Shown here: piece by piece, positions 41,631-51,195 of the stretch
How positions within the stretch are numbered: position 1 is the first letter of the stretch
Layout of the letters: each line of letters opens with the position of its first letter
DNA from: Phycisphaerales bacterium
GTDB taxonomy: Bacteria > Planctomycetota > Phycisphaerae > Phycisphaerales > UBA1924
Assembly (NCBI GenBank): GCA_040219675.1
Contig: JAVJRZ010000012.1
Span: 1,138 to 65,137, forward strand
Reading direction: 5' to 3'
Length of the DNA: 64,000 nucleotides
Program-made: the position numbers and the translations under genes
The notes under the pieces: generated by a model
What the model was told of the DNA's origin: nothing
Database searches by the model: none
What the model saw: only the letters and a program-made list of their open reading frames with translations

Positions 41631-42559
41631 GGCTCACGCTCCGAACGAACGACCTCGCCCGCCGCAACCGAGTGCCCCCGCGCAAACGCCGAGAACGCCA
41701 TCGCTTTCTTCCCCGCAGGCTGCACCTCCAGCAGCCGAAGCGCCCCATCACCGCACGCCACCAGCCCGTCGCCGTCCACCAGCGTGCCCGGCGCCGCGTC
41801 GGCACCGCACGACTCGGCCGCCACACGCAGCAGCTTCAGCGGCCGCCCGCCGAGCGTCACCCCCACGCCAGGCCAGGGCGTCAGCCCATGCACCCGATTC
41901 CGGCACGCCTCGGCGCTCTGCGAGAAGTCCACCCAGCCATCGGCCTTCGACAGCTTCGGCGCCAGCGTCACGCTGCCCGCGTCCTGCTCCACGCCCTCCA
42001 GCGTCCCCAGAGATCGACGCTCCAAGACCGAAGCCACAAGCGCCGGCCCATCGCCCGCCAGCAGATCGTGCAGCTCGCCCGCCGTGACATGCGGCTCGAT
42101 CGAACGCGCCGACTGCCCAAGCACCAGACCCGCGTCCATCTCCTCGGCCAGCGTGATCACCGTGTTGCCCGTCTGTGCATCGCCCGCCATGATCGCCACG
42201 TTGATCGGCGCCGCCCCGCGCCACCGAGGCAGCAGCGAGGCGTGCAGGTTCATCGCGAACCGATCGGCCAGCAACGAACGACCCAGCTTCTGCCCGAACG
42301 CGATCACCACCCACACGTCCGCATCGAACGCCCGGATCCGATCGCGCACCTCCGCCTCGTTCACACGCTCGGGCTTGAGCACCGGCAACCCCGGAATCCG
42401 CGAAGCCGCCTCGCTCGCAATCGGCGTCGGGCTCACCGCCTTGCCACGCCCCGCGCGCCGGTCGGGCTGGGTCACCACCGCCAGCAGCTCGTGCTCGCGC
42501 GCCAGCATCCGAAACGTCGGCACGCCAAACGCCCCAGAGCCAAAGTACACCACTCGCAT
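41624..42559 (-). CDS. fmt: Methionyl-tRNA formyltransferase
   Basis: MRVVYFGSGAFGVPTF..VVTQPDRRAGRGK, NLHASLLPRWRGAAPI. Confidence 0.95.
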   Translation of the reverse strand: MRVVYFGSGAFGVPTFRMLAREHELLAVVTQPDRRAGRGKAVSPTPIASEAASRIPGLPVLKPERVNEAEVRDRIRAFDADVWVVIAFGQKLGRSLLADRFAMNLHASLLPRWRGAAPINVAIMAGDAQTGNTVITLAEEMDAGLVLGQSARSIEPHVTAGELHDLLAGDGPALVASVLERRSLGTLEGVEQDAGSVTLAPKLSKADGWVDFSQSAEACRNRVHGLTPWPGVGVTLGGRPLKLLRVAAESCGADAAPGTLVDGDGLVACGDGALRLLEVQPAGKKAMAFSAFARGHSVAAGEVVRSEREPC

Positions 42560-42604
42560 GCCCGGGCCTCCCTGCCCCCAAGTATTGGGCGTTTCCCGTC
42601 GAGC

Positions 42605-43222
42605 CTACCGCGCCTGGCGCTCCAGCCGCCGCACCGCCGACCGCGTCCGCAACCGATCGATCTGCCCGAACTTGTCGATGATCAGCACCCCGTCCAGGTG
42701 GTCCGTCTCGTGCTGGATGCACCGAGCCAGAAGCCCCGCCGCCCGCACCACGAACCGCTCGCCGTCCAGCCCCGTCGCCTCCATCTCCACCGCCTCGGGC
42801 CGGTTCACCTGCCCGCGGATGTCCGGCAGGCTCAGGCACCCCTCCTCCACCGAGGCCAGGGCCCCGCCCGGACGCAGCACCGGATCGATGCACACCAGCG
42901 GCCGCCCACCCGTGTCGAGGGCAAACTCCCCCCCCACAGCCCCCTCCGACGGATCCGCCGGCACCACACACACGAACATCCGCCAAGGCAGCCCCACCTG
43001 CGGGGCCGCCAAGCCGATTCCCTCCTCCTCGGACATGATCCGAAGCATCCGCTCGGCGACCTCTCGGACGTTCTCCGTCACCGTACCGACCGGGCGGGCC
43101 TTCGTTCGAAGGATCGTGTCGGGGAAGAAACGAAGATGAAGCCCGGACGGATCAACCGATTCCGGCGATCCGGCGGGCCTGGCTGCATCGGTGCTCTGGG
43201 CGTCCTGGGGCATCACGGGCAT
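42605..43222 (-). CDS. def: Peptide deformylase
   Basis: GIGLAAPQVG, EGCLSLP and QHETDHLDG motifs. Only the last 205 codons of the 776-aa ORF look genuine. Start is ATG 43222 or 43213. Confidence 0.93.
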   Translation of the reverse strand: MPVMPQDAQSTDAARPAGSPESVDPSGLHLRFFPDTILRTKARPVGTVTENVREVAERMLRIMSEEEGIGLAAPQVGLPWRMFVCVVPADPSEGAVGGEFALDTGGRPLVCIDPVLRPGGALASVEEGCLSLPDIRGQVNRPEAVEMEATGLDGERFVVRAAGLLARCIQHETDHLDGVLIIDKFGQIDRLRTRSAVRRLERQAR

Positions 43223-43321
43223 GATACTGTGCCCAGTCACGGCACGGCTGCCCCCAGACCCTAGAATCGCGGCCAACCACGCACCAAACCGCTCTCTCAG
43301 TACAAGACTGGAGCCCAAACC

Positions 43322-44929
43322 TTGGCATTGTTCGGCGGCAAGAAGAAGAAGGACGCCCAGACCACGCCCGAGACCAACGGCGAGGCCGCGCCCGAGCCCA
43401 AGGCCAACGCGGCAAACGCCGCCGATGCCGGCGCCGGCAAAGACGCCGGCAAGGCCAGCGGCAAGGACAAAGACAAAGCCAAGGACAAAGCCAAGGACAA
43501 GGGCGGCGCCGAGCCCGGCCCCACCTTCAACCCCGAGGCCGCCGCACGCTTCTTCGAGCACGCCCGCACCGCCCACGAGACCACCAACTACGAATACGCC
43601 ATGAACCTCTGGCTCAGCGGCCTCCGCCTCGACGCCAGCAGCATCACCGCCCTGGAGAGCTTCTTCCGCTCGGCCCAGGCCTTCCACGCCGCCAACCCCA
43701 AGAAGAAGCCCAAGGTCGACCTCCAGGTCAAGACGCCCGTCGACAAGTTCCTCGCCGCCCTGCTCAACTGGGCCGGCAAGCTCTCCGACGGCGACGCCGC
43801 CATGCGCGCCGGCGACGCCGCCGCCAACGCCGCCCTCGAAGAACCCGCCTACTGGTGCCTCGAGCGCGCCATGAACCTGGCCAAGGGCGCCAAGCGCCCC
43901 AGCCCCCTCACCTTCAAGAAGCTCATGCAGCTCTTCGCCAAGGTCGGCGCATACAACGAAGCCGTCGAGGCCGGCTCCATCGCCGTCCAGCTCAACCCCG
44001 CAGACTCCGACCTCGCCAACGCCGTCAAGAACTTCTCCGCTCAGGCCACCATGAGCCAGGGCGGCTACGACCAGGTCGGCGAGGAAGGCGGCTTCCGCAA
44101 GAACATCCGAAACGCCGCCAAGCAGCAGCAACTCCAGGACGAAGAGGCCATCTCCAAGGACGAGGGCACCATCGAGCGCCTCATCGAGCGAGCCCGAGCC
44201 GACTACGCCGACCGCCCCGAAGACCCGCCCACCATCAACGCCCTGGCCAAACGACTCATCGAGCGCGGCACCCCCAAGGACGAAAAAGAGGCCTACGAAC
44301 TCTACAAGAGGGCCTACCAGCTCACCAAGGAGTTCCGTTTCCGCCAGTCCGCCGACGACATCAAGATGCGCGCCTGGCAACGCAAGCTCATGGCGCTCGA
44401 GAAGAAGGCCAAGGATTCTCCGGAAGATCAGAACGCACAGCAGGAACTCGCAGACGCGCGCAAGGACGTGCTCGAGGCCGAGACCAAGGTCTACGCCGCA
44501 CGCGCCGAGGCCTACCCAACGGACAACCTGATCAAGTTCGAGCTCGGCAGACGCTACTTCCAGCAGGGCATGTACGACGAGGCCATCGCCAACCTCCAGC
44601 AGGCCCAGGGCGAACCCAAGATGCGGGTGCGCACGTTGAACATGCTGGCCCAGTCCTTCCTGGCCATGGGCTGGGGCGACGAAGCCGTAACCACCTTCCG
44701 CCAGGCCCTCGATGCCCACGGGCGCGACAGCGACCCCACCGGCATGGAGATCAGCTACGGCCTCATGGACGCCCTGCTCACCAAGGCCACCGACCACCGA
44801 GACCTCGAGGCCGCCATCGAGGCCGACAAGATCGCCTCGGGCATCGCCATCAAGGACATCTCCTTCAAGGAGATCCGCCAGAAACGCGACGCCCTCAAGA
44901 AGCTCCTGGCCGACCTCCGCCAAGGCTGA
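43322..44929 (+). CDS. TPR-repeat protein with a Lys/Asp-rich N-terminal region
   Basis: The TTG at 43322 is preceded by GGAG. The N-terminus is MALFGGKKKKD...KDKDKAKDKAKDKG. Multiple TPR-like helical repeats follow, for example YELYKRAYQL and GMYDEAIANLQQA. Confidence 0.7.
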   Translation: MALFGGKKKKDAQTTPETNGEAAPEPKANAANAADAGAGKDAGKASGKDKDKAKDKAKDKGGAEPGPTFNPEAAARFFEHARTAHETTNYEYAMNLWLSGLRLDASSITALESFFRSAQAFHAANPKKKPKVDLQVKTPVDKFLAALLNWAGKLSDGDAAMRAGDAAANAALEEPAYWCLERAMNLAKGAKRPSPLTFKKLMQLFAKVGAYNEAVEAGSIAVQLNPADSDLANAVKNFSAQATMSQGGYDQVGEEGGFRKNIRNAAKQQQLQDEEAISKDEGTIERLIERARADYADRPEDPPTINALAKRLIERGTPKDEKEAYELYKRAYQLTKEFRFRQSADDIKMRAWQRKLMALEKKAKDSPEDQNAQQELADARKDVLEAETKVYAARAEAYPTDNLIKFELGRRYFQQGMYDEAIANLQQAQGEPKMRVRTLNMLAQSFLAMGWGDEAVTTFRQALDAHGRDSDPTGMEISYGLMDALLTKATDHRDLEAAIEADKIASGIAIKDISFKEIRQKRDALKKLLADLRQG

Positions 44930-44934
44930 TCCCA

Positions 44935-45741
44935 ATGGCCAAACCCAAGGCCATCGCCATCATCCCCGCCCGCCTGGGCTCCACCCGCTTTCCAGGCAAG
45001 GCCCTGGCAAGCGACACCGGCAAGCCCATGGTCGTCCACGTCTGCGAACGGGCCAAGATGGCCGCCGCCGTCGCCAACGTCGTCGTCGCCACCGACAGCA
45101 TGGACATCGTCAGAGCCGTCGAATCCCACGGCTTCGACGCCGTCATGACCAGTGCCGAGCACGAGAACGGCACCAGCCGCCTGGCCGAAGCCGCCAAGAC
45201 CATGGGCCTCAAGAACCAGCAGCCCATCGTCAACGTGCAGGGCGACGAGCCCGAGATCGAGCCCGACATCATCGACGCGGCGCTCGTCGCGGTGGGCCAG
45301 CACCTGCTGCCCGGCAAACTCAACACGATGTATCGCGTCGCACAACTCGGCACCGTCGCCACACCCTTGGACAACGACGAAGACCTTGCCAACCCCAACC
45401 TCGTCAAGGCCGCGCTCGGCCTCGTCGAGCCCGACCTCGGTGTCGCTCGCGCCCTGTACTTCTCTCGCGCCCCGATCCCCCACAACCGTGACGGCGCCTC
45501 CGCGGCCCCCGCCTTCCGACATGTCGGCATCTACGCGTACGACGTATTCTCGCTTGATCGCTACGTCTCGCTGCCCCCCACTCCCCTCGAACAGTGCGAG
45601 AAGCTCGAGCAACTCCGCTGGCTCGAGCACGGCCTGCCCATCGCCGTCGCCGTTCGCCGCTGCTCGCACCAGGGCATCGACACCCCCGAGCAGTACGCCG
45701 CCTTCGTCGAGCGCTTCAAAGCGAACCAGGCCACCGCGTGA
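44935..45741 (+). CDS. kdsB: 3-deoxy-manno-octulosonate cytidylyltransferase (CMP-Kdo synthetase)
   Basis: AIAIIPARLGSTRFPGKAL, VNVQGDEPEI and EQLRWLEHG. Confidence 0.93.
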   Translation: MAKPKAIAIIPARLGSTRFPGKALASDTGKPMVVHVCERAKMAAAVANVVVATDSMDIVRAVESHGFDAVMTSAEHENGTSRLAEAAKTMGLKNQQPIVNVQGDEPEIEPDIIDAALVAVGQHLLPGKLNTMYRVAQLGTVATPLDNDEDLANPNLVKAALGLVEPDLGVARALYFSRAPIPHNRDGASAAPAFRHVGIYAYDVFSLDRYVSLPPTPLEQCEKLEQLRWLEHGLPIAVAVRRCSHQGIDTPEQYAAFVERFKANQATA

Positions 45742-45829
45742 CCAACCGCCCGAACTCGGCCTATCCTCTCTGGTGCCCGACCAACGAATCTCGAAGCACG
45801 CCCACGACCCATCCCCCGACGACTGGCCC

Positions 45830-47770
45830 ATGCCGGTGGGTGCCTCCACCCCCCAGCCCGGCACGCCATTGGGTGAGGACGCACGCCGCCGCCGAGCGGA
45901 CGAGCTGCTCGTCCAGGCCGCCGAGGGCTCGCTGACCACCGAGTTCTACTCGCCCGTGCCCCCCGGCTACCGCCGAGGCCGCACCAAGTACGTCGCCGTC
46001 CTGGGCACCGTCATGAGCGGGCTGGGCAAGGGCATCTTCGCCGCCAGCGCCGCCAAGCTGCTCAAGGACAAGAACCTCACCGTCGCCCCCATCAAGATGG
46101 AGGGCTACCTCAACATCGACTCGGGCACGCTCAACCCCTACCGCCACGGCGAGGTCTTCGTCCTCGACGACGGCACCGAATGCGACATGGACCTGGGGAC
46201 GTACGAGCGCATGCTCGCCCAGAACCTCAGCCGCCGGAACTTCACCACCTCGGGCCGCATCTTCAGCGAGGTCCTCGAACGCGAACGCCTGGGCGACTAC
46301 CTGGGCCGAGACGTGCAGATGATCCCCCACGTCACCGGCGAGGTGAAACGCAAGCTCCGCGAACTGGCCATGTACGGCGACGGCTCGGGCCGCCCAGCAG
46401 ACGTCGTCTTCGTCGAGGTTGGCGGCACCGTCGGCGACTACGAGAACGGCTTCTACATCGAGGCCCTCCGCGAGCTGGCCTTCGAGGAAGGCCCACGCTC
46501 GGTTTGCTTCGTCGCCCTCACCTACGTCATCGAGGCCAAGGTCCTCGGCGAGCAGAAGTCCAAGGCCGCCCAGCTCGGCATCCAACGCCTCATGGAAGCG
46601 GGCATCCAGCCCCACATGATCGCCTGCCGATGCGACAACCCCGTCACCGGCCAGGCCATGCAGAAGATCGCCATGTACTCCAACGTGCCCCTGCGGCGCG
46701 TCTTCAGCATGCACGACCGCGAGAGCATCTACCTCATCCCCGAAGAGATGCGACGCGACGGGCTCGATCGCGAGATCCTCTCCGTCCTCGACCTCCACGA
46801 CCGCGTCGACATGGCCCAGGAAGACCGCCAGCGCGAACGCTGGCGCACCTTCGTCCGAAACCTCACTGGCACGCCCGAGCACACCATCCGCATCGGCCTG
46901 GCCGGCAAGTACACCGACCTGGGCGACGCCTACGCCTCCATCGACAAGACCATCGAGCACTGCGCTGCCAACCTCAACGCACGCATCGAGGTCCAACGCT
47001 TCGACACCACCGACCTCACCGGCCAGCGCATCGCCGAAGAACTCGCCGACGTCGACGCCATCATCGTCCCAGGCGGCTTCGGCGCCCGTGGCGTCGAGGG
47101 CAAGCTCGCCGTCGTCAAGCACTGCCGCGAGACCGGCCTGCCATACCTGGGCATCTGCCTGGGCTTCCAGGTCGCCGTCATCGAGTTCGCCCGCAACGTT
47201 CTGGGCCTCGCCGACGCCGCCTCCACCGAGTTCGACCCCGACTCGCCCCACCCGGTCATCAGCGAGTTGCCCGAGCAGAAGAAGATCGAGGGCCTGGGCG
47301 GCTCCATGCGACTGGGCGCCCAGGACGTCGCCCTCTCACCCGAAACCTTGGCCAGCTTCCTCTTCGCCGGCCGCCAGACCGTCCGCGAGCGCTTCCGCCA
47401 CCGATACGAGGTCGACCCCGGCTACATCGACCAGCTCACCGAGGCCGGCCTGATCTTCAGCGGCCGCCACCCGGAGCAGCCCATCATGCAGGTGCTCGAG
47501 CTCGCCCAGCCCGGCTTCACCGACGAAGACGACGATGCCAAGGGTGATCACGCCCAGACCCACCCCTTCTTCCTGGCCGCCCAGTTCCACCCCGAACTGA
47601 CCAGCCACCCCCTCGAGCCCCAGCCCATGTTCATGGGCCTCTGCGCCGCCGCCATCGCGCGCCGCGTCGCGCTCGGCCCGCGCGAGGGCCAGCAGCCCAC
47701 CGCCAAGGAAGTCTCACCCCTGGTCAAACGCTGGCTGCGCACCCCACGCAAGCGCACTCAGCCCGCCTGA
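45830..47770 (+). CDS. pyrG: CTP synthase, with N-terminal and C-terminal extensions
   Basis: [39 protein letters not shown]-type region, the glutaminase GICLGFQ and HRYEV. The start is uncertain: ATG 45830, or GTG 45956, which is closer to the canonical N-terminus. Confidence 0.9.
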   Translation: [646 protein letters not shown]

Positions 47771-48381
47771 TCGCCCGCGAACGCCTCGAGCGAACGCAGC
47801 GAAGCCAGCAGCACCAGGTTCGCAAACCGCCCCGGCCGACCAAGCCCCACCTGCGCATTGTGCAGCAGCGTCTGCGCGTACAGGTCCGCCTCGAAGTCCC
47901 CGCCAGCCGCCAGGGCCGCGAACGCGTTCACGCCCCAGGGGTGCCCCGTCGCGTTGTCCGGCTGCAACTCCTCAACGCACCACCGCGCCGCCGCCTCGGC
48001 ACGCTCACGCCAGCCCGCGTTGCCACGCTCCACGCCCAGGGCCCACAAAGCCTGAATCGCCGACAGCTCCCGCTCCGTCCACACCTCGATGCTCACCTCA
48101 CCCCGCCCCGGCGCACGCGGATCCTGCAGAGCCCCGCCCGAGCACCACACCCCCGCATCCACCGGCCCGCCCCCGGCGAGCGCATCCCACAGCTCCAGGT
48201 CCACCCCGAAGCCACGCGCTCCCTCGGGCCGGACGCCACGCAGCCAGGCGATAAGCAGCCCATCGACCGACCGCCGATGCCCACGCTCGTCAGCGAACGA
48301 CCCGGCGTCGAGCCCGTCGAGCGCGCCCGCATCCACCGTCGCCTCCAGCCGCTTGATCCACGCTCCCAGCCCCACCTGCAT
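47758..48381 (-). CDS. Hypothetical protein
   Basis: The ATG at 48381 (MQVGLGAWIKRLE) has coding-like composition after it. The upstream part of the 387-aa ORF is antisense to the neighbouring plus-strand gene and looks non-coding. Confidence 0.45.
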   Translation of the reverse strand: MQVGLGAWIKRLEATVDAGALDGLDAGSFADERGHRRSVDGLLIAWLRGVRPEGARGFGVDLELWDALAGGGPVDAGVWCSGGALQDPRAPGRGEVSIEVWTERELSAIQALWALGVERGNAGWRERAEAAARWCVEELQPDNATGHPWGVNAFAALAAGGDFEADLYAQTLLHNAQVGLGRPGRFANLVLLASLRSLEAFAGDQAG

Positions 48382-48459
48382 TCGTTCAGCACCCCATAAC
48401 CACACAAAGCCGGCCGCGAACGACCGAAAACCACACCCGGGGTGGCGCACCGCCCCCCA

Positions 48460-49062
48460 ATGGCCGATGCTCCCTGCATGCCGGACCAGTCCACCCATCG
48501 CGCAGACCATCGACCGGAGGAGCGGGACCGGTTCGCCTGGATCGACCCGGGCGTGAGCGTATGGGACCAGTGGGGCGCCGTGCCCCCGCCGCCCAAAATC
48601 CCCCCAACGACCGCCGGCAAGCCCCAGCCCCCGGCCCCTGCGATCAACCAGGCCGCCCCTCCAGCGCCCAAGGCCGATCCAGAGCCCCTCCCCGAGCCGG
48701 CTTCGGACTTCGACCCACCCCCAGCCGACGGGGGCAGCGACGACCCCGCGCCGCCCACCTTCCACGAGTTCAGCGCCGAACTCGACGTCGCCGAGCTCGA
48801 CGATCGCCTCCGCCCCGTCACAACATGGTCGGCCAGGGCGACCTCGGTCAACCGCTCCAGCCTGAGCTTCCGCTCCCGGCGCATGTGCTACGCCAAGAAG
48901 ATCGTGCTCTTCGCGATCCACCTCATCGACGACAAGCCCATCATCCTCGCCGGCCGCGTCACAAGCTGCGAGTACGCCGGCGAAGGCCTCTACAACGTCG
49001 ACGTCGAGCTCATGCCCAAGCCGCAGAGCCAGGAAATCCGAGACTGGGAAGTCCAGCGCTGA
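48460..49062 (+). CDS. Proline-rich hypothetical protein with a possible degenerate PilZ-like C-terminal beta-barrel
   Basis: The Pro-rich middle section is PPPPKIPPTTAGKPQPPAPAINQAAPPAPKADPEP. The C-terminus, RATSVNRSSLSFRSRRMCYAKKIVLFAIHLIDDKPIILAGRVTSCEY, loosely resembles PilZ. Start is ATG 48460, or GTG 48442. Confidence 0.5.
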   Translation: MADAPCMPDQSTHRADHRPEERDRFAWIDPGVSVWDQWGAVPPPPKIPPTTAGKPQPPAPAINQAAPPAPKADPEPLPEPASDFDPPPADGGSDDPAPPTFHEFSAELDVAELDDRLRPVTTWSARATSVNRSSLSFRSRRMCYAKKIVLFAIHLIDDKPIILAGRVTSCEYAGEGLYNVDVELMPKPQSQEIRDWEVQR

Positions 49063-49100
49063 TCGCTTGACTGTGCGCCGCGGCCGCCGAACGCTGCGCC

Positions 49101-49985
49101 ATGCGGCTCATCACCACGGCTGAGCAACTCCGCGAGCACCTCCAGGCACACCAGCCCCACCCCGGCGGCGTGCTCGTGCCCACCATGGGCGCGCTCCACT
49201 CGGGCCACGAGGCCCTCATCCGCCAAGCCGCAAAAGAAGCCGCCGCACGCCGCCTGGCCGCCGGCGCCGTCGTCACCGTCTTCGTCAACCCCACCCAGTT
49301 CGACGAGGCCCACGACTTCGAGCGCTACCCACGCGTCCTCGACGACGACGCCGCCAAGTGCAAGGCCGCCGGCGCCACCACCGTTCTCGCCCCCACCGTC
49401 GACATGGTCTACCCCCAAGGCACCGACGCGCCCGGCCCGAGCGTCCCCGACGTCGCCGTGCGCAAGGGCCTCGAAGACCGCTTCCGCCCCGGTCACTTCG
49501 CCGGCGTCGCCAAGGTCCTCCTTCGCCTGTTCGCCCTCGCCCCGCCCGCCGCGGCCATCTTCGGCGAGAAAGACTGGCAGCAACTCCAACTCGCCCGCGC
49601 ACTGGTCGCCCAGGAAGGCCTCGGCATCGACATCATCCCCGGCCCAACCGTCCGAGACGACGACGGCCTGGCCCTGAGCAGCCGTAACCGCTTCCTCGAC
49701 CCCGCCCAGCGAGCCGCAGCCCGAGCCATCCCACGCGCACTGGCCGCGGCCTCGACCGAACCAACCGTCGCCCGGGCCGAGCAGGCCATGCGCGAGCAAC
49801 TCGAAGGCCTCGACATCGAGTACGCCACCATCCGCCACGCCACCACGCTCCAGGAACCCGCCGCCCAAACCGCCCGCCACGACTCGCCCATGCGCGCCCT
49901 CATCGCCTGCCGCCTGGGCCAGACCCGCCTGCTCGACAACGCGCCGTGGCCCCTCCCTGCCGATTCCCCCCTCCTGCGCTCCTAG
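49101..49985 (+). CDS. panC: Pantoate--beta-alanine ligase
   Basis: VPTMGALHSGHEALI, FVNPTQF, FGEKDWQQL. Confidence 0.93.
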   Translation: MRLITTAEQLREHLQAHQPHPGGVLVPTMGALHSGHEALIRQAAKEAAARRLAAGAVVTVFVNPTQFDEAHDFERYPRVLDDDAAKCKAAGATTVLAPTVDMVYPQGTDAPGPSVPDVAVRKGLEDRFRPGHFAGVAKVLLRLFALAPPAAAIFGEKDWQQLQLARALVAQEGLGIDIIPGPTVRDDDGLALSSRNRFLDPAQRAAARAIPRALAAASTEPTVARAEQAMREQLEGLDIEYATIRHATTLQEPAAQTARHDSPMRALIACRLGQTRLLDNAPWPLPADSPLLRS

Positions 49986-50067
49986 GCCCACCCCTCGCCC
50001 GCTATCCTTGCCACCACGCGTGCGGCCCTGGGCCCGCCACTTCATCCACACGCTCCGGAGGCACACC

Positions 50068-51195
50068 GTGCTCAAGACCCCCCTCCACAAGATCCACCTC
50101 GAAAGCGGCGGCAAGATGGTCGACTTCGCCGGCTGGGAAATGCCCATCAGCTACGGCTCCATCCAGACCGAGCACAACCAGGTCCGCACCTCCGGCGGCC
50201 TGTTCGACGTCTCCCACATGGGCCGACTCAAGATCACCGGCCGCCACGCCCGACGCCTCCTCGGCCGCGTCTGCACACGCCGCATCAGCGACATGCAGCA
50301 GGGCCAGTGCCGCTACGCCCTCATCTGCAACGAGCAGGGCGGCGTCAAGGACGACGTCCTGGTCTACCGCATGGACGACACCGACTTCCTCCTCGTCGTC
50401 AACGCATCCAACCGCGAGAAGATCGTCGAACACCTCAACAAGGTCGTCGCCGACGAAGACATGGTCGTCAAGCTCGATGATCAGACCGCCAAGACCGCCA
50501 TGGTCGCCATCCAGGGCCCGAAGGTCATGGAGCTCATCGGCCGCGTCAGCAGCGAGGTGCCCACCCTCAAGCGATACCGCTTCACCGTCAAGAACCTCCT
50601 CATCGCCAAGCTCATCGTCTCGCGCACCGGCTACACCGGCGAAGACGGCGTCGAGGTCATCCTCCCCGCCAGCTTCACCGACATGGCCCTCAAGATGCTC
50701 TTCAAGGACATCGACCTCAAGGCCGAGCAGAGCGACATCAAGCTCATCGGCCTGGGCGCGCGAGACACCCTCCGACTCGAAGCCGGCATGCCCCTCTACG
50801 GCCACGAACTCGGCGAAGACATCAACGCCCTGGCCTGCGGCGTCGACTTCGCCATCAAGCTCGACAAGGACGAGGGCGACATGCCCGAGCCCTTCATCGG
50901 CCAGGAAGCCCTCAAACGCTCCCATGAGCAGGGCGGCCCGCCACAGACCCTCGCCGCGTTCGTCGTCGAAGGCAAGCGCACCCCGCGCCAAGGCATGATC
51001 GTCAAGCACGACGGCAAGCAGGTCGGCATCATCACCAGCGGCTGCGCCAGCCCAACCCTGGGCGTGCCCATCGCCATGGGCTTCATCGATCGCGAACTCA
51101 ACCAGCCCGGCGCCAAAGTCACCATCGACACCGGCCGCAACGACCTCCAAGCCGAGGTCCGCGCCAACCCGCTCTACAAGAAGCCCAAGGCCTAA
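50068..51195 (+). CDS. gcvT: Glycine cleavage system aminomethyltransferase
   Basis: LKTPLHKIHLESGGKMVDFAGWEMPISY, LFDVSHMG, SRTGYTGEDGVE. The GTG at 50068 is preceded by GGAGG. The longest ORF starts at TTG 50008. Confidence 0.93.
   Translation: MLKTPLHKIHLESGGKMVDFAGWEMPISYGSIQTEHNQVRTSGGLFDVSHMGRLKITGRHARRLLGRVCTRRISDMQQGQCRYALICNEQGGVKDDVLVYRMDDTDFLLVVNASNREKIVEHLNKVVADEDMVVKLDDQTAKTAMVAIQGPKVMELIGRVSSEVPTLKRYRFTVKNLLIAKLIVSRTGYTGEDGVEVILPASFTDMALKMLFKDIDLKAEQSDIKLIGLGARDTLRLEAGMPLYGHELGEDINALACGVDFAIKLDKDEGDMPEPFIGQEALKRSHEQGGPPQTLAAFVVEGKRTPRQGMIVKHDGKQVGIITSGCASPTLGVPIAMGFIDRELNQPGAKVTIDTGRNDLQAEVRANPLYKKPKA

Noticed and set aside
43223-44935. Upstream two-thirds of the 776-aa minus-strand ORF that ends in def
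   Set aside because: Only the last 205 codons look like peptide deformylase. The rest is antisense to the TPR gene and is G/L/V/A-rich with no signature.
49986-50067. Possible glycine riboswitch upstream of gcvT
   Set aside because: The gap is only about 80 nt. It lacks the conserved GGAGAG...CACCGAAGGGGCAA-type aptamer core, so it is too short and a poor match.
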